Origin: an uncultured Actinomyces sp.
Lineage (GTDB): Bacteria; Actinomycetota; Actinomycetes; S36-B12
Assembly (NCBI GenBank): GCA_964537955.1
Contig: CAZICY010000005.1
Location: forward strand, 1,818-65,817
Direction of reading: 5' to 3'
Length of the DNA stretch: 64,000 nucleotides
Within the stretch, counting starts at the first letter, position 1. Each line of letters starts with the position of its first letter. This document shows positions 29,906-47,244 of this stretch, in pieces. The notes beneath the pieces were generated by a model. It ran no database searches and was not told the DNA's origin. It saw only the letters and a program-made list of their open reading frames with translations. The position numbers and the translations under genes are program-made.

Positions 29906-30482
29906 CACTGTCCGGGCCCCGCGGCGGACCGACGCGCAGCACGCCCGGCCTGCCTTCACCCTCGCGCCCATGCCACGCCGCGTCGCGGGGGCGGCCATCG
30001 ACATGGCGCTCCTCGTCGTCGCCGCCGGCGTGATGTCCTCCGCCCTGGAGGGCCTCACCGCGGGAGTCACCCGGGTGCGCATCGACGCCGAGTCCGGCCA
30101 GCGCGTCGTCGATGCCTCGATCACCCTGCCGACCTGGCTTCCCCTCGCGCTGCTCGTGGGTGTGAGCGCGCTCTACACCGTCCCGCTCATGGCCGTCTGG
30201 GGCCGGACTCTCGGCGGCTGGGCCATGGGCATCCGCTGCGTGCGTGCCGATACCGGATCGCGCCCGGGCTGGCCTCTGTCGATACGACGCTGGTTCGCTC
30301 TCTACGGCGCTGCGGGACTGCTGGCCTTCGTGCCCGTCGTCGGACCCCTGGCTTGGCTCGCGACACTGGTGATCGGGCTGTCACCCCTGTGGGACGGCAC
30401 CCGACTGCTGCGCGGCTACGCCGACTACTTCGGCGGCGATGTCGTCGTCATGGCACGCCCGGGGCCCTCGCAGCGACGATAG
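29898..30482 (+). CDS. RDD family membrane protein
   Basis: RRVAGAAID, GRTLGGWAMGIRCV, RGYADYFGGDVVV. Confidence 0.8.
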   Translation: MASTVRAPRRTDAQHARPAFTLAPMPRRVAGAAIDMALLVVAAGVMSSALEGLTAGVTRVRIDAESGQRVVDASITLPTWLPLALLVGVSALYTVPLMAVWGRTLGGWAMGIRCVRADTGSRPGWPLSIRRWFALYGAAGLLAFVPVVGPLAWLATLVIGLSPLWDGTRLLRGYADYFGGDVVVMARPGPSQRR

Positions 30483-30491
30483 GGTCGCGTC

Positions 30492-31088
30492 GTGCGCGCG
30501 CGACTGGTGGTCCTCATCTCCGGGGGCGGCACCAATCTCCAGGCGCTCCTCGACGCGCGGCAGGATGCCTATGAAATCGTCGCTGTCGTCGCCGATCGCC
30601 CCGATGCCGGAGGCCTTGCGCGTGCGACTGCAGCCGGCATCCCCACGCTGGTCGTGGATCCCGCAGAGCACCCTGACCGCGGGGCATGGGATCGCGCCCT
30701 GGCGGCGACGATCACGTCCTGCGATCCCGAGTGGATCGTCTGCGCTGGCTTCATGCGCATCCTCGGACCGGCCGTCCTCGCGGCATTCCCTACGCGCGTG
30801 GTCAACACCCATCCTGCGCTCCTGCCCGCCTTCCCCGGGGCGCACGGGGTCCGCGATGCACTCGACTACGGCGTCCGGGTGACCGGCTGCACGGTGCACC
30901 TCGTGGATGCCGGCGTCGACACCGGACCGATCCTGGCTCAGCGGGCGATCGAGATCCGCGACGGAGAGGATGAGGCGGCGCTGCACGAGCGCATCAAGGT
31001 GGTGGAGCGCGACCTCCTCGTGGATATCGTGACCCGACTGTGCGCGCAGGGCTGCACGGTCGAGGGCAGGAAGGTGACGATCCCGTGA
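30492..31088 (+). CDS. purN: Phosphoribosylglycinamide formyltransferase
   Basis: [34 protein letters not shown]. Confidence 0.97.
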   Translation: MRARLVVLISGGGTNLQALLDARQDAYEIVAVVADRPDAGGLARATAAGIPTLVVDPAEHPDRGAWDRALAATITSCDPEWIVCAGFMRILGPAVLAAFPTRVVNTHPALLPAFPGAHGVRDALDYGVRVTGCTVHLVDAGVDTGPILAQRAIEIRDGEDEAALHERIKVVERDLLVDIVTRLCAQGCTVEGRKVTIP

Positions 31089-32653
31089 GCGCAGAACCCG
31101 GCCGCCGCGCCATCCGCAGGGCCCTGGTGTCGGTTTACGACAAGGCCGGCCTGTCCGAACTCGTGACCGCGCTGCACGCGGCCGGGGTCGAGATCGTCTC
31201 GACGGGATCGACGGCGGCGCGCATCGAGGAGACCGGCGTCCCCGTGACCGCCGTGTCGGATCTCACCGGCTTCCCCGAGTGCCTCGACGGACGTGTCAAG
31301 ACACTCCATCCGCGCGTGCACGCTGGTCTGCTCGCCGACATGCGCCTGCCGGATCATGTCGCACAGATCGACGCGCTCGGCATCGCTCCCTTCGACCTGG
31401 TCGTGGTGAACCTCTATCCCTTCGCGAGCACCGTCGCGTCGGGTGCGTCGCCCGACGAGTGCGTCGAGCAGATCGACATCGGCGGCCCGGCCATGGTCCG
31501 CGCCTCCGCCAAGAACCACCCGAGTGTGGCCGTGGTGGTCGATCCGGCGCGCTACGACGACGTGATCGCCGCAGTCGAAGCGGGCGGGTTCACCCTGGAG
31601 GAGCGCCGCCGCCTGGCGGCCGAGGCGTTCGCGCACACCGCCTCATACGACGTGGCCGTCGCGACGTGGATGGCCAATGTGGTCGCACCTGACGGCACCG
31701 GCTTCCCCGCCTGGCTGGGCCAGGCCTGGCAGCGGCAGTCCGTCCTCCGCTACGGCGAGAATCCCCACCAGGCCGCGGCGGTGTACGCCGCGGACTTCTC
31801 GCGACCGGGCCTCGCGCGTGCGGAGCAGCTCCACGGCAAGGAGATGTCCTACAACAACTACGTCGATGCCGACGCCGCATGGCGCGCGGCGTACGACCAC
31901 GGCGACCCAGCCGTCGCGATCATCAAGCACGCCAACCCGTGCGGCATCGCCGTGGGCGCGGACATCGCCAGCGCCTATGACAAGTCCTTCGCCACCGACC
32001 CGGTGTCGGCCTTCGGGGGTGTCGTCGCCGCTAACCGCCCGGTGACCGAGGCGATGGCCGAGGCCATGGCGGATGTCTTCACCGAGGTGGTCGTGGCACC
32101 GGACTACGACGAGGCCGCGCTCGCCCTCCTGCGTGAGCGCAAGGGCCTGCGCATCCTGCGCGCAGAGCCGCGGCCCGAGCGCGGCTGGGTGGACCTGCGC
32201 CCCATCTCCGGAGGGATCCTGCTGCAGGGCGCCGATGACCTGCGTGCCGACGGCGACGACCCTGCCACCTGGCGACTTGTCGCGGGGGAGCCCGTCGACG
32301 CCGCGACGATGGAGGACCTCGCCTTCGCCTGGCGGGCAGTGCGGGCGCCGAAGTCCAATGCGATCCTCCTCGCCCGGGGCGGCGCCGCGGTCGGCATCGG
32401 CATGGGGCAGGTCAACCGCGTGGATGCCGCCCGTCTCGCGGTGACGCGCGCGGGCGAGGAGCGCGCGCGGGGCTCCGTGGCGGCGTCCGACGCGTTCTTC
32501 CCCTTCCCCGACGGCCTCGACGTGCTCCTCGCCGCGGGGGTGCGCGCCATCGTCCAGCCCGGAGGCTCCGTGCGCGACGAGGACGTCATCGCGGCGGCCG
32601 ACGCGGCAGGGGCCAGCATGTACCTCACCGGCACCCGCCACTTCTTCCACTGA
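31085..32653 (+). CDS. purH: Bifunctional AICAR transformylase / IMP cyclohydrolase
   Basis: [51 protein letters not shown]. Confidence 0.98.
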   Translation: MSAEPGRRAIRRALVSVYDKAGLSELVTALHAAGVEIVSTGSTAARIEETGVPVTAVSDLTGFPECLDGRVKTLHPRVHAGLLADMRLPDHVAQIDALGIAPFDLVVVNLYPFASTVASGASPDECVEQIDIGGPAMVRASAKNHPSVAVVVDPARYDDVIAAVEAGGFTLEERRRLAAEAFAHTASYDVAVATWMANVVAPDGTGFPAWLGQAWQRQSVLRYGENPHQAAAVYAADFSRPGLARAEQLHGKEMSYNNYVDADAAWRAAYDHGDPAVAIIKHANPCGIAVGADIASAYDKSFATDPVSAFGGVVAANRPVTEAMAEAMADVFTEVVVAPDYDEAALALLRERKGLRILRAEPRPERGWVDLRPISGGILLQGADDLRADGDDPATWRLVAGEPVDAATMEDLAFAWRAVRAPKSNAILLARGGAAVGIGMGQVNRVDAARLAVTRAGEERARGSVAASDAFFPFPDGLDVLLAAGVRAIVQPGGSVRDEDVIAAADAAGASMYLTGTRHFFH

Positions 32654-32701
32654 GCCGATGGAGCCCCTGCCGGAAGCGGTGTCCGCGGCGGGAGTCCGCG
32701 A

Positions 32702-33679
32702 ATGACCGGACTCCGTCGGCGCGCTGCCCTCGTCGCAGGAATCACGGCCTTCGTCGTAGGGGCGCTCACGGCCCTGCAGTCCCGCGTCAACGGCGAACTG
32801 GCCAGCGTGACCCAAAGTGGCCTCCAGGCCGCCATCGTCAGCTTCGGCACGGGCTGGATCCTGCTCACGGTCATCCTGTGCGCCAGCCCCGGCGTGCGCC
32901 GCGGCCTGGGGTCCGTGGCGGCTGGCCTGCGCTCGGGGGCCCTGCGCTGGTGGCAGGTCATCGGCGGCCTGCTCGGGGGGTTCTTCGTCGCGGTGCAGAG
33001 CGCGACGGTGCCCGTCGTCGGCGTGGCGATCTTCACTGTCGCGGTCGTCGCGGGCCAGGTGTCCAACAGCATCGTGGTGGACCGCCTCGGCCTGGGACCA
33101 GCGGGTCGTCAGGCGGTGACCCCGACCCGGGTCATCTCTGCGGTCCTCGCGATCGCCGCGGTGGCCGTCGCCGTGTCCGACCGCCTGGGCGCAGGGCCGG
33201 CGGGATCCACCCTCGCCGTAGCGGCTGCGCTCATCGCCGGGCTTGCCATCGCGGTGCAGCAGGCGATCAACGGCCGCGTCGGGGCGGCGGCGCGCAACGC
33301 GTGGACGGCAGCGTGGGTCAACTTCACCCTCGGGACGCTCATGCTCGGCACCGCACTGGGCCTGGCCTGGGCCCTCACCGAGTTCGATCCTGGCCAGTTG
33401 CCCGTGGGCCCCTGGTGGCTCTACATCGGCGGCACCATTGGCGTCTTGTTCATCGCGGCCGCGGCCTGGGTGGTGCAGCGCCTCGGCGTCCTGCTCTTCG
33501 CCCTCCTCACCATCACGGGCCAGCTCTCCGGGGCCCTCGTGCTCGACTGGCTGGCCCCTGCCGATGGCGTCTCCTTCCACCTCACCCTGGTCGCCGGAGT
33601 GCTGATGGCCGCCGTCGCGGTCGCCGTGGGGAGTCTGTCCACGTGGGCCCCCCGGATGCGGCGCGCTGCCGGTCACTAG
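32702..33679 (+). CDS. DMT superfamily transporter (duplicated YdcZ-like)
   Basis: Two homologous halves (LQSRVNGEL..WWQVIGGLLG and VQQAINGRV..WWLYIGGTIG). Confidence 0.85.
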   Translation: MTGLRRRAALVAGITAFVVGALTALQSRVNGELASVTQSGLQAAIVSFGTGWILLTVILCASPGVRRGLGSVAAGLRSGALRWWQVIGGLLGGFFVAVQSATVPVVGVAIFTVAVVAGQVSNSIVVDRLGLGPAGRQAVTPTRVISAVLAIAAVAVAVSDRLGAGPAGSTLAVAAALIAGLAIAVQQAINGRVGAAARNAWTAAWVNFTLGTLMLGTALGLAWALTEFDPGQLPVGPWWLYIGGTIGVLFIAAAAWVVQRLGVLLFALLTITGQLSGALVLDWLAPADGVSFHLTLVAGVLMAAVAVAVGSLSTWAPRMRRAAGH

Positions 33680-33688
33680 GTTGCCGTC

Positions 33689-34534
33689 ATGACTGCAACG
33701 ATCCTGGATGGCAAGGCGACGGCTGCCGCGGTGAAGGCCGACCTGGCGACGCGCGTCGCGGCGCTGCGCGAGCGTGGCGTCACCCCGGGGCTGGCGACCG
33801 TGCTGGTCGGCGACGACCCGGGCAGCCATGCCTATGTCGGAGGCAAGCACAAGGACTGTGCCGAGGTGGGCATCGCCTCGATTCGCGTGGACATGCCCGC
33901 GACCGCCACGCAGGCAGAGGTCGAGGAGCAGGTGCGCAAGCTCAACGACGACCCTGCCGTGACCGGCTACATCGTCCAGCTGCCTTTGCCGAAGGGCCTC
34001 GATAGCAATCGCGTGCTCGAGATCATGGACCCCGGCAAGGACGCTGACGGCCTGCATCCGATGAACCTCGGGCGACTCGTGCTCGGCATCGAAGCTCCCC
34101 TTCCGTGCACCCCGCGTGGAATCGTCGAGCTGCTCCGCGCGTACGACGTGCCGATCGCGGGGGCCGAGGTGTGCATCGTTGGCCGGGGCATCACCGTGGG
34201 CAGGCCGCTGGGACTCCTGCTCACGCGGCGCCAGGAGAACGCGACCGTGACGCTGTGCCACACCGGCACGAAGGACATGGCCACGCACGTGGCTCAGGCG
34301 GACATCGTGATCGCGGCTGCCGGCGTGCCCGGGGTGATCACGGCCGGCATCGTGAAGCCGGGTGCCGCTCTCGTCGACGTCGGCATCACCCGCACGGATG
34401 CCGGTCTGGTCGGCGACATCGATCCCGCCTGCGCCGAGGTCGCGGGCTGGATCGCGCCCATGCCGGGCGGCACCGGACCGATGACGCGGGCGATGCTCCT
34501 CGCCAACGTGGTCGAGGCAGCCGAACGGTCGTAG
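33689..34534 (+). CDS. folD: Methylenetetrahydrofolate dehydrogenase/cyclohydrolase
   Basis: [31 protein letters not shown]. Confidence 0.97.
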   Translation: MTATILDGKATAAAVKADLATRVAALRERGVTPGLATVLVGDDPGSHAYVGGKHKDCAEVGIASIRVDMPATATQAEVEEQVRKLNDDPAVTGYIVQLPLPKGLDSNRVLEIMDPGKDADGLHPMNLGRLVLGIEAPLPCTPRGIVELLRAYDVPIAGAEVCIVGRGITVGRPLGLLLTRRQENATVTLCHTGTKDMATHVAQADIVIAAAGVPGVITAGIVKPGAALVDVGITRTDAGLVGDIDPACAEVAGWIAPMPGGTGPMTRAMLLANVVEAAERS

Positions 34535-34543
34535 GGTGCCCTC

Positions 34544-34849
34544 GTGAGCGGCATGGCAGAGGTCCGTCAGCTCCGGCCGCGCCGACGCCGCTGGTGGGCC
34601 CAATGGCCCATCGCCCTGGTCCTCGTCGGCGTCGTCGCTTCCTTGGCCGTCGTTGCGCTCGATCGCTTCCGCCTGGGCTCCCTCATGCTTGCCGCGAGCC
34701 TGGTGCTCGCCTTCGTGCTGCGGCTCGTCCTGCCCGACGACCGGGCCGGGATGCTCGCCGTGCGTTCCAAGAGGGTGGATCTGGTCGTGCTCGGCACGCT
34801 TGCCGCTGCGCTGGTCGTCTTCGCCTTGTGGGTCCCTCCCCCTGCGTGA
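34544..34849 (+). CDS. DUF3017-like membrane protein
   Basis: QWPIALVL, LRLVLP..AGMLAVRSKRVD; folD-adjacent. Confidence 0.8.
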   Translation: MSGMAEVRQLRPRRRRWWAQWPIALVLVGVVASLAVVALDRFRLGSLMLAASLVLAFVLRLVLPDDRAGMLAVRSKRVDLVVLGTLAAALVVFALWVPPPA

Positions 34850-34893
34850 GGCCTCGTGACCGCGGGGACTAGCGTGGGGCGCGTTGCCGTTGA

Positions 34894-35916
<1,023 letters not shown>

Positions 35917-35953
35917 CCCGCACCGCACATCACTTCAACGAAAGAGCGTCATC

Positions 35954-37168
35954 GTGGCAAAGATCAAGGTGGTCAATCCTGTCGTCGAACTCGACGGTGA
36001 CGAGATGACCCGCATCATCTGGCAGTTCATCAAGGACCAGCTGATCCTGCCCTACCTCGACGTCGACCTGAGGTACTACGACCTCGGGATCGAGCATCGG
36101 GATGCGACCGATGACCAGGTCACCATCGACGCTGCCCACGCAATCCTCGAGTACGGCGTGGGCGTCAAGTGCGCGACGATCACGCCGGATGAGGCGCGCG
36201 TCGAGGAGTTCGGACTCAAGAAGATGTGGAAGTCGCCTAACGGGACCATCCGCAACATCCTCGGCGGCGTGATCTTCCGCGAGCCCATCATCATGTCGAA
36301 CATCCCGCGCCTGGTGCCCACCTGGACCAAGCCGATCATCGTGGGTCGTCACGCCTTCGGCGACCAGTACCGCGCCACGGACTTCAAGGTGCCGGGCCCG
36401 GGCATGCTCACGATGACCTTCACTCCTGCCGATGGCTCGGAGCCGATGGAGTTCCAGGTGTTCAACTTCCCGGAGGCCGGGGTCGCCATGGGGATGTACA
36501 ACCTGGACGACTCCATCCGCGACTTCGCTCGCGCGTCGTTCCGCTACGGCCTGGCGCGGCAGTACCCGGTCTACATGTCGACGAAGAACACCATCCTCAA
36601 GGCCTACGACGGACGCTTCAAGGACATCTTCGCCGAGGTGTTCGACGCGGAGTTCAAGGAGCAGTTCGAGGCGGCGGGCCTCACCTACGAGCACCGGCTC
36701 ATCGACGACATGGTCGCCAGCGCCCTCAAGTGGGAGGGGGGCTACGTCTGGGCCTGCAAGAACTACGACGGCGACGTGCAGTCCGACACCGTCGCGCAGG
36801 GCTTCGGGTCGCTCGGGCTCATGACGAGCGTGCTCATGACACCCGATGGCCGCACCGTGGAGGCCGAGGCTGCTCACGGCACGGTGACGAGGCACTACCG
36901 GCAGCATCAGCGCGGGGAGGCCACGTCGACCAATCCGGTGGCATCGATCTTCGCCTGGACCCGGGGCCTGGAGCACCGTGGCAAGCTCGATGGCACGCCC
37001 GACGTCTCCGCCTTCGCCCAGACCCTCGAGCGCGTCTGCATCGAGACGGTCGAGGCCGGACAGATGACCAAGGATCTCGCGCTCCTCGTCGGGCCCGACC
37101 AGCCGTGGCTCACCACTCAGGACTTCCTGGGCGCCATCGACGCCAATCTCCAGAAGGCGATGGCCTGA
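35954..37168 (+). CDS. icd: NADP-dependent isocitrate dehydrogenase (homodimeric)
   Basis: [45 protein letters not shown]. Confidence 0.98.
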   Translation: MAKIKVVNPVVELDGDEMTRIIWQFIKDQLILPYLDVDLRYYDLGIEHRDATDDQVTIDAAHAILEYGVGVKCATITPDEARVEEFGLKKMWKSPNGTIRNILGGVIFREPIIMSNIPRLVPTWTKPIIVGRHAFGDQYRATDFKVPGPGMLTMTFTPADGSEPMEFQVFNFPEAGVAMGMYNLDDSIRDFARASFRYGLARQYPVYMSTKNTILKAYDGRFKDIFAEVFDAEFKEQFEAAGLTYEHRLIDDMVASALKWEGGYVWACKNYDGDVQSDTVAQGFGSLGLMTSVLMTPDGRTVEAEAAHGTVTRHYRQHQRGEATSTNPVASIFAWTRGLEHRGKLDGTPDVSAFAQTLERVCIETVEAGQMTKDLALLVGPDQPWLTTQDFLGAIDANLQKAMA

Positions 37169-37171
37169 CGC

Positions 37172-38020
37172 TTGGCGCGCGCCAGAGGTGTCGCCCTTGT
37201 CGCGATCACGGCAAACGTCAATGGGATCCGTGCGGCCGCCCGTCGCGGTGGTCTCGCGTGGCTGGCCCAGGCGAAGGCCGACGTCATCTGCCTGCAGGAG
37301 GTGCGGGCGACCCATGAGCAACTCCACGAGCAGATCGCAGAGAGCGCTCTGGCGGGCATGCACGTGTCGCACAGCGCCTCCGAGAGCCTGGGGCGCAACG
37401 GCGTAGCGGTGCTGAGCCGGGCGCAGCCCGCTGCCGTGCGCGAGGGCCTGGGCGTGCCTGAGTTCGCGCGGCAGGGCCGCTGGATCGAGGTGGACCTCGT
37501 CACGTCCCTGGGGCCGCTCACGGTGGTCTCGGCGTACGTGCACACCGGAGAGGCGCAGACGCCCAAGCAGGACGAGAAGTTCCGCTTCCTTGACGCGATG
37601 GATCGCAGGCTCGCAGCCCTGCGCCGGCGTGCGTCCCGTCGGAAAGGGCACGTCCTGGTGACGGGGGACTTCAATGTCGCGCACGCCGAGGTCGACATCA
37701 AGAACTGGAAGGGCAATCGCGATAAAGCGGGATTCCTTCCCGAAGAGCGCGCCTATCTCGACAGGTGGCTCGGACCTCCCGACGGTCCGCCCGGACCGTG
37801 GCGCGACCTCGGCCGCGCGCTCGGCGGCCCCGGGCCCGGGCCCTACACCTGGTGGTCCTGGCGAGGGCGCGGCTTCGACACCGATGGCGGGTGGCGCATC
37901 GACTACCAGATCGCGACGCCCGACCTTGCGGCTCGCGCTCGTGAGGCGGTCGTCGGCAAAGCGCCCGCCTATGCGCAGCGCTGGAGCGACCACGCACCGC
38001 TCACTGTCACCTTCGGCTGA
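37172..38020 (+). CDS. xth: Exodeoxyribonuclease III / AP endonuclease
   Basis: NVNGIRA, LQEV, GDFN, YTWWS, GWRIDY, SDHAP; TTG start uncertain. Confidence 0.92.
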   Translation: MARARGVALVAITANVNGIRAAARRGGLAWLAQAKADVICLQEVRATHEQLHEQIAESALAGMHVSHSASESLGRNGVAVLSRAQPAAVREGLGVPEFARQGRWIEVDLVTSLGPLTVVSAYVHTGEAQTPKQDEKFRFLDAMDRRLAALRRRASRRKGHVLVTGDFNVAHAEVDIKNWKGNRDKAGFLPEERAYLDRWLGPPDGPPGPWRDLGRALGGPGPGPYTWWSWRGRGFDTDGGWRIDYQIATPDLAARAREAVVGKAPAYAQRWSDHAPLTVTFG

Positions 38021-38041
38021 GCACCCCGTATCCTCTAGCGG

Positions 38042-40876
<2,835 letters not shown>

Positions 40877-40918
40877 GCGCAGGCCAGCCCGACAGAGGCG
40901 ACTGGGCCGACTCGCCGG

Positions 40919-42154
40919 TCAACTGCGCGCGTAGTCGCGCTCGACCTCGTCCTCGTCCTGCTGCTCCAGGCGCGCTCGGCGTCCGCCGCTGCGCGGAGCG
41001 GGGCCGCGCAGGCTGCGCAGGCCGAGCACGATGAGCACCAGCCCCACCACCATGGCTCCGACGAGGGTCCACACCCATCCCCAGTTCGTCCCCGTCGACT
41101 CGGCTGCGGGCGTGGCCTCGGCCGCCTCTGCCGCAGCGGCTGTCGCGGCGTCCTCGGCGACCGACCCTCCCGCACTTTGCGCTGCGTTGTCGCCTGCGCT
41201 CGGCTCGGTCACGTCGACGGGATCCACCAGGTAGCCGACGGGCTCCACGGCGTCGATGTTGGCGAAGCCCCAGTCGAGCAGGGCCGACGCGGACGGGTAG
41301 ATCTCGCCCTCGATGTTGAGCAGGGTGACCACCAGGCTCGTCCCGCCGCGCTCGGCCGCTCCGACGAAGGTGCGCCCAGCCTCGGTGGTCCAGCCGGTCT
41401 TGACCCCGATGGCGCCCTCATAGCCTTGGATGAAGAGGGGGTTCTGGGTGGCGATCGGCATGGTGGGGCGCGGATCACCCGGCTGTTCGGGCATGTAGCC
41501 GGGGAAGTCCTCGACCACCCGGGTGGTGACGTACTCGAAGAAGTCCGGTCGTGCAAGGCCCTCGCGTGCGATGAGAGCCAGGTCGTACGCCGAGCTCAGC
41601 TGTCCCTCGGCCGGGAGTCCGCTCGGGTTCTTGGCAACCGTGTCGTAGGCCTGGAGTCGCTGCGCTTCCTCGTTCATCTGCGCGACGGTGAGCTCGAGGC
41701 CGCCGTTGGCGCGGGCGAGGGCGGAAGCGCAGTCATTGCCGCTTTGCATGATGAGACACAGGAAGAGCTCGCGGACGGTGTAGGTCGCCTCCTCGACGAG
41801 GCCCACGCGGCTGCCCTCCACGGCGACGTCGTCGTAAACGGTGGTGTAGACGAGGTCGGGGTCCATGCGCTGGGCGAGCGCGAGCACGGTGAGGGCCTTC
41901 AGGACCGACGCGGGCGGGCGCTGCACGTGAGGGCCCTTCGCGGCCAGGATGGCGCCGCTGTCGAGGTCGGCCAGGACCCAGGCGGTCACGGGCACGTCCG
42001 GCAGGGGATCCGCCGCAGGGCCGGGGTCGACGATCACGTCGCTGCCGGTGAGGAGGGGACCCCCGATGGGCTCCGCGTGCGCGCTGGGGGCCGCGAGGAG
42101 GACCGCGCCCGCGGCCAGGGCGGCGGCGAGGGCCGGGGCGAGGAAGCGGCGCAT
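40919..42154 (-). CDS. D-alanyl-D-alanine carboxypeptidase (peptidase S11)
   Basis: Signal peptide; S-x-x-K (ASVLK), SGN, KTG; C-terminal TM anchor. Confidence 0.92.
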   Translation of the reverse strand: MRRFLAPALAAALAAGAVLLAAPSAHAEPIGGPLLTGSDVIVDPGPAADPLPDVPVTAWVLADLDSGAILAAKGPHVQRPPASVLKALTVLALAQRMDPDLVYTTVYDDVAVEGSRVGLVEEATYTVRELFLCLIMQSGNDCASALARANGGLELTVAQMNEEAQRLQAYDTVAKNPSGLPAEGQLSSAYDLALIAREGLARPDFFEYVTTRVVEDFPGYMPEQPGDPRPTMPIATQNPLFIQGYEGAIGVKTGWTTEAGRTFVGAAERGGTSLVVTLLNIEGEIYPSASALLDWGFANIDAVEPVGYLVDPVDVTEPSAGDNAAQSAGGSVAEDAATAAAAEAAEATPAAESTGTNWGWVWTLVGAMVVGLVLIVLGLRSLRGPAPRSGGRRARLEQQDEDEVERDYARS

Positions 42155-42218
42155 GGTGCGACCAGACTAACGAGCCGGGGCGCCGGGACGCCCGATCAGC
42201 GCGGCGTGGCGCCCGGGG

Positions 42219-42967
42219 TCAGACGCGACGGAAGATCAGGGCCCGCTTGACCTGCTGGATCGCCTTGGTGACCTCGATCCCGCGAGGGCAGGCGTCGGTG
42301 CAGTTGAAGGTCGTCCGGCACCGCCAGACGCCCTCCTTCTCGTTGAGGATCTCCAGGCGCGTTTCGGTGCCGGCATCACGCGAGTCGAAGATGAAGCGGT
42401 GGGCCGCGACGATCGCGGCGGGGCCGAAGTACTGCTCATCTGTCCAGAAGACGGGGCACGAGGTGGTGCACGCGGCGCACAGGATGCACTTGGTCGTGTC
42501 GTCGAAGACGGCCCGGTCCTCGGCCGACTGCAGGCGCTCCCTGGTGGGCTCATGACCGTCGGTGATGAGGAAGGGCTTCACCGACCGGTAGGCGGCGAAG
42601 AACGGCTCCATGTCGACGACGAGGTCCTTCTCCAGCGGCAGGCCCTTGATGGCCTCGACGGTGATGTCTCCCGTGCCGAGGTCCTTGATGAGCGTCTTGC
42701 AGGCGAGACGATTGCGGCCGTTGATGCGCATGGCGTCAGAGCCGCAGATGCCATGGCCGCACGAGCGACGGAAGGTGAGGGTGCCGTCCTGCTCGCCCTT
42801 GATCTTCATGAGCGCGTCGAGGACACGGTCGGTGGGGTACGCCGAGACGACGAACTCCTCCCAGTGCGGCTCGTCATCGACCTCGGGGATGAAGCGCCGG
42901 ATCTTGAAGGTGACGTCGCGAGGCTCGATGCGTGCGGGAGCCTCGGCAGTCTCGAGGGTGGCAGTCA

Positions 42968-42968
<1 letters not shown>
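42219..42968 (-). CDS. sdhB: Succinate dehydrogenase iron-sulfur subunit
   Basis: RRSCGHGICGSD, CILCAACTTSCP, CRTTFNCTDACP. Confidence 0.97.
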
Positions 42969-44722
<1,754 letters not shown>

Positions 44723-44730
44723 GGGTGCTC

Positions 44731-45138
44731 CTAGCCGATGGTCGGGTCGAAGGTGAAGATGACGAGCGTCCCGAGGAGGATGATGAAGGCCGAGGAGACG
44801 TAGAGGAGCATCTTGAGCCAGAAGCGGGTCTGGTTGCGCTCCGCGTAGTCATTGATGATCGTGCGCAGTCCGTTGGTGCCGTGCAGCATGGCGAGCCAGA
44901 GCATGGCGAGGTCCCAGACCTGCCAGAAGGGGCTGGCCCACCGGCCTGCTACGAACGCGAAGTTGATGCGCTGCACGCCGCCGTCGAGGATGTTCATGAT
45001 GAACAGGTGGCCCAGGACCAGGAAGACGAGCACGACGCCCGACACGCGCATGAAGAGCCAGGCATAGAGCTCGAAGTTGCTCCGCTGGCGGTTGCGCGCG
45101 CCGGTGGAGAGGGCCATCGAGCGGTCTGCGAGGCTCAT
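44731..45138 (-). CDS. sdhD: Succinate dehydrogenase hydrophobic anchor subunit
   Basis: WLFMRVSG, LGHL, LHGTNGLRTIINDY. Confidence 0.92.
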   Translation of the reverse strand: MSLADRSMALSTGARNRQRSNFELYAWLFMRVSGVVLVFLVLGHLFIMNILDGGVQRINFAFVAGRWASPFWQVWDLAMLWLAMLHGTNGLRTIINDYAERNQTRFWLKMLLYVSSAFIILLGTLVIFTFDPTIG

Positions 45139-45530
45139 GGCGTCGCCCCGAACATCGCCTCGACCGTGTGGCGCATCATGTAGAAGGTGCCGGGGATCAT
45201 CACGACCACCCAGACGCCCACGACGCCCCAGAGCATCTGCTTCTGGTAGCGGGGTCCCCGCGCCCAGAAGTCCACGGCGATGACCCGCAGGCCGTTGAGC
45301 GCGTGGTAGAGCACCGCTCCGACCAGTCCCACCTCGAGGAGGTTGACGATCGGGGTCTTGTACGTCGCGATGACGATGTCGTAGGCCTCAGGCGAGACGC
45401 GGACGAGGGCTGTGTCGACGACGTGCACGTAGAGGAAGAAGAAGACCGCGATGCCCGTGATGCGCTGGGCCACCCACGACCACATGCCCTGGCCGCCCCG
45501 ATAGAGGGTGCCCACGGGCGCGATGGCCAT
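45135..45530 (-). CDS. sdhC: Succinate dehydrogenase cytochrome b subunit
   Basis: GTLYRG..GMWSWVAQRITG, HVVDT, YHALNGLR; AGGAG SD. Confidence 0.92.
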   Translation of the reverse strand: MAIAPVGTLYRGGQGMWSWVAQRITGIAVFFFLYVHVVDTALVRVSPEAYDIVIATYKTPIVNLLEVGLVGAVLYHALNGLRVIAVDFWARGPRYQKQMLWGVVGVWVVVMIPGTFYMMRHTVEAMFGATP

Positions 45531-45667
45531 GGTGACTCCTCTCGCGAGATGCGGTGACGGCACGGCTGCCGCGGTCCTTGCCATCGTAGTGCGGGAAGGG
45601 GTTCCCGGCAGGGCGGGGTGAGCCGGGTCACAGGCCTCCCGGACGGGGGGCGTCCTAGTCTGACCGC

Positions 45668-47242
45668 ATGACGACGGAGTCCGGATTGCCCTTCGCCCCG
45701 GTCTACGGGCCGGCGGACCTGGCGGGGTGGGACCCCGCCGAGGAGTTGGGCGATCCCGGTGCCTTCCCCTACACCCGGGGCGTCTACCCCACGATGTACA
45801 CCGGGCGCCCCTGGACGATGCGCCAGTACGCCGGATTCGGGACCGCGGCGGAGTCCAACGAGCGCTACCGCCAGCTCCTCGCGGCGGGCACGACGGGCCT
45901 GTCGGTGGCCTTCGACCTGCCCACCCAGATGGGCTACGACTCCGACGCACCCATCGCCCGAGGCGAGGTCGGCAAGGTCGGAGTCGCCATCGACACCATC
46001 GACGACATGCGCCTGCTCTTCGACGGCATCCCGCTGGACAAGGTCTCGACGTCGATGACGATCAACTCCCCGGCGGCGATCCTGCTCCTGCTCTACCAGC
46101 TCGTCGCCGAGGAGCAGGGGGTCCCAGGATCGGCGCTCAACGGCACCATCCAGAACGACGTGCTCAAGGAGTACATCGCGCGAGGCACCTATATCTACCC
46201 GCCCGCACAGTCGCTCAGGCTCATCACCGACATCTTCTCCTACTGCCGCGAGGAGATCCCGCGATGGAACACCATCTCCATCTCGGGTTATCACATGGCG
46301 GAGGCCGGGGCCACTCCCGTGCAGGAGATCGCTTTCACCCTCGCCGACGGCATCGAGTACGTCCGGGCTGCTCTCGCGTCCGGCCAGGACATCGATGAGT
46401 TCGCGCCTCGGCTCGCCTTCTTCTTCGTCGCTCGCACCACCCTGCTGGAGGAGATCGCGAAATTCCGAGCTGCCCGGCGCATCTGGGCGCGGATCATGCG
46501 CGACGAGTTCGGGGCGAAGGACCCCAAGTCCTTGATGCTGCGCTTCCACACCCAGACGGCTGGAGTCCAGCTCACGGCCCAGCAGCCCGAGGTCAATCTC
46601 GTCCGCGTCGCGATCCAGGCGCTCGGCGCGGTCCTCGGCGGCACGCAGTCACTGCACACCAATTCCTTTGACGAGGCCATCGCCCTGCCCACGGAGAAGG
46701 CTGCCCGCCTCGCCCTGCGCACGCAGCAGGTCCTCGCCTACGAGTCGGACGTCACGCAGACGGTCGACCCCTTCGCCGGCTCGTACGCCATCGAGTCGCT
46801 CACCGACGAGATGGAGTCGGCGGTCCTGGCGCTCATGGCTCAGGTGGAGGAGCTCGGGGGAGCCGTGGCAGCCATCGAGAAGGGCTTCCAGAAGGCGGAG
46901 ATCGAGAGGTCCGCCTACGCCTTCGCGCAGGAGATCGACGCGGGCGAGCGCGTGGTCGTCGGCGTCAATCGCTTCACGGTGCAGGAGGAGGAGCCCTACG
47001 AGCCGCTGCGCGTGGATCCCACCATCGAGGCGGAGCAGCGTGCTCGGCTCGAGCGTGTCCGCGCCGAGCGTGATCAGGCCGCCGTCGATGCCGCGCTCGA
47101 GCGCGTGCGGTCGGCGGCCGCGGGCACCGACAATCTCCTCTACCCCATGCGCGAGGCCCTGCGGGCGCGAGCGACCGTGGGCGAGGTCAGCGATGCCCTC
47201 CGCGATGTCTGGGGCATCTACACGCCGACGGATGCCTTCTGA
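45668..47242 (+). CDS. Methylmalonyl-CoA mutase large (substrate-binding) subunit lacking B12 domain
   Basis: [46 protein letters not shown] -10 6 nt upstream. Confidence 0.9.
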   Translation: MTTESGLPFAPVYGPADLAGWDPAEELGDPGAFPYTRGVYPTMYTGRPWTMRQYAGFGTAAESNERYRQLLAAGTTGLSVAFDLPTQMGYDSDAPIARGEVGKVGVAIDTIDDMRLLFDGIPLDKVSTSMTINSPAAILLLLYQLVAEEQGVPGSALNGTIQNDVLKEYIARGTYIYPPAQSLRLITDIFSYCREEIPRWNTISISGYHMAEAGATPVQEIAFTLADGIEYVRAALASGQDIDEFAPRLAFFFVARTTLLEEIAKFRAARRIWARIMRDEFGAKDPKSLMLRFHTQTAGVQLTAQQPEVNLVRVAIQALGAVLGGTQSLHTNSFDEAIALPTEKAARLALRTQQVLAYESDVTQTVDPFAGSYAIESLTDEMESAVLALMAQVEELGGAVAAIEKGFQKAEIERSAYAFAQEIDAGERVVVGVNRFTVQEEEPYEPLRVDPTIEAEQRARLERVRAERDQAAVDAALERVRSAAAGTDNLLYPMREALRARATVGEVSDALRDVWGIYTPTDAF

Positions 47243-47244
47243 TC

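Noticed and set aside
30480..31088. ZMP/ZTP or purine riboswitch before purN/purH; SAM riboswitch before mtnA or mtnB
   Set aside because: Intergenic gaps are 15 nt or less, or the genes overlap, leaving no room, and no consensus motifs were seen
45668..47242. Isobutyryl-CoA or 2-hydroxyisobutyryl-CoA mutase
   Set aside because: Specificity positions are Tyr (RQY) and Arg, the methylmalonyl-CoA type
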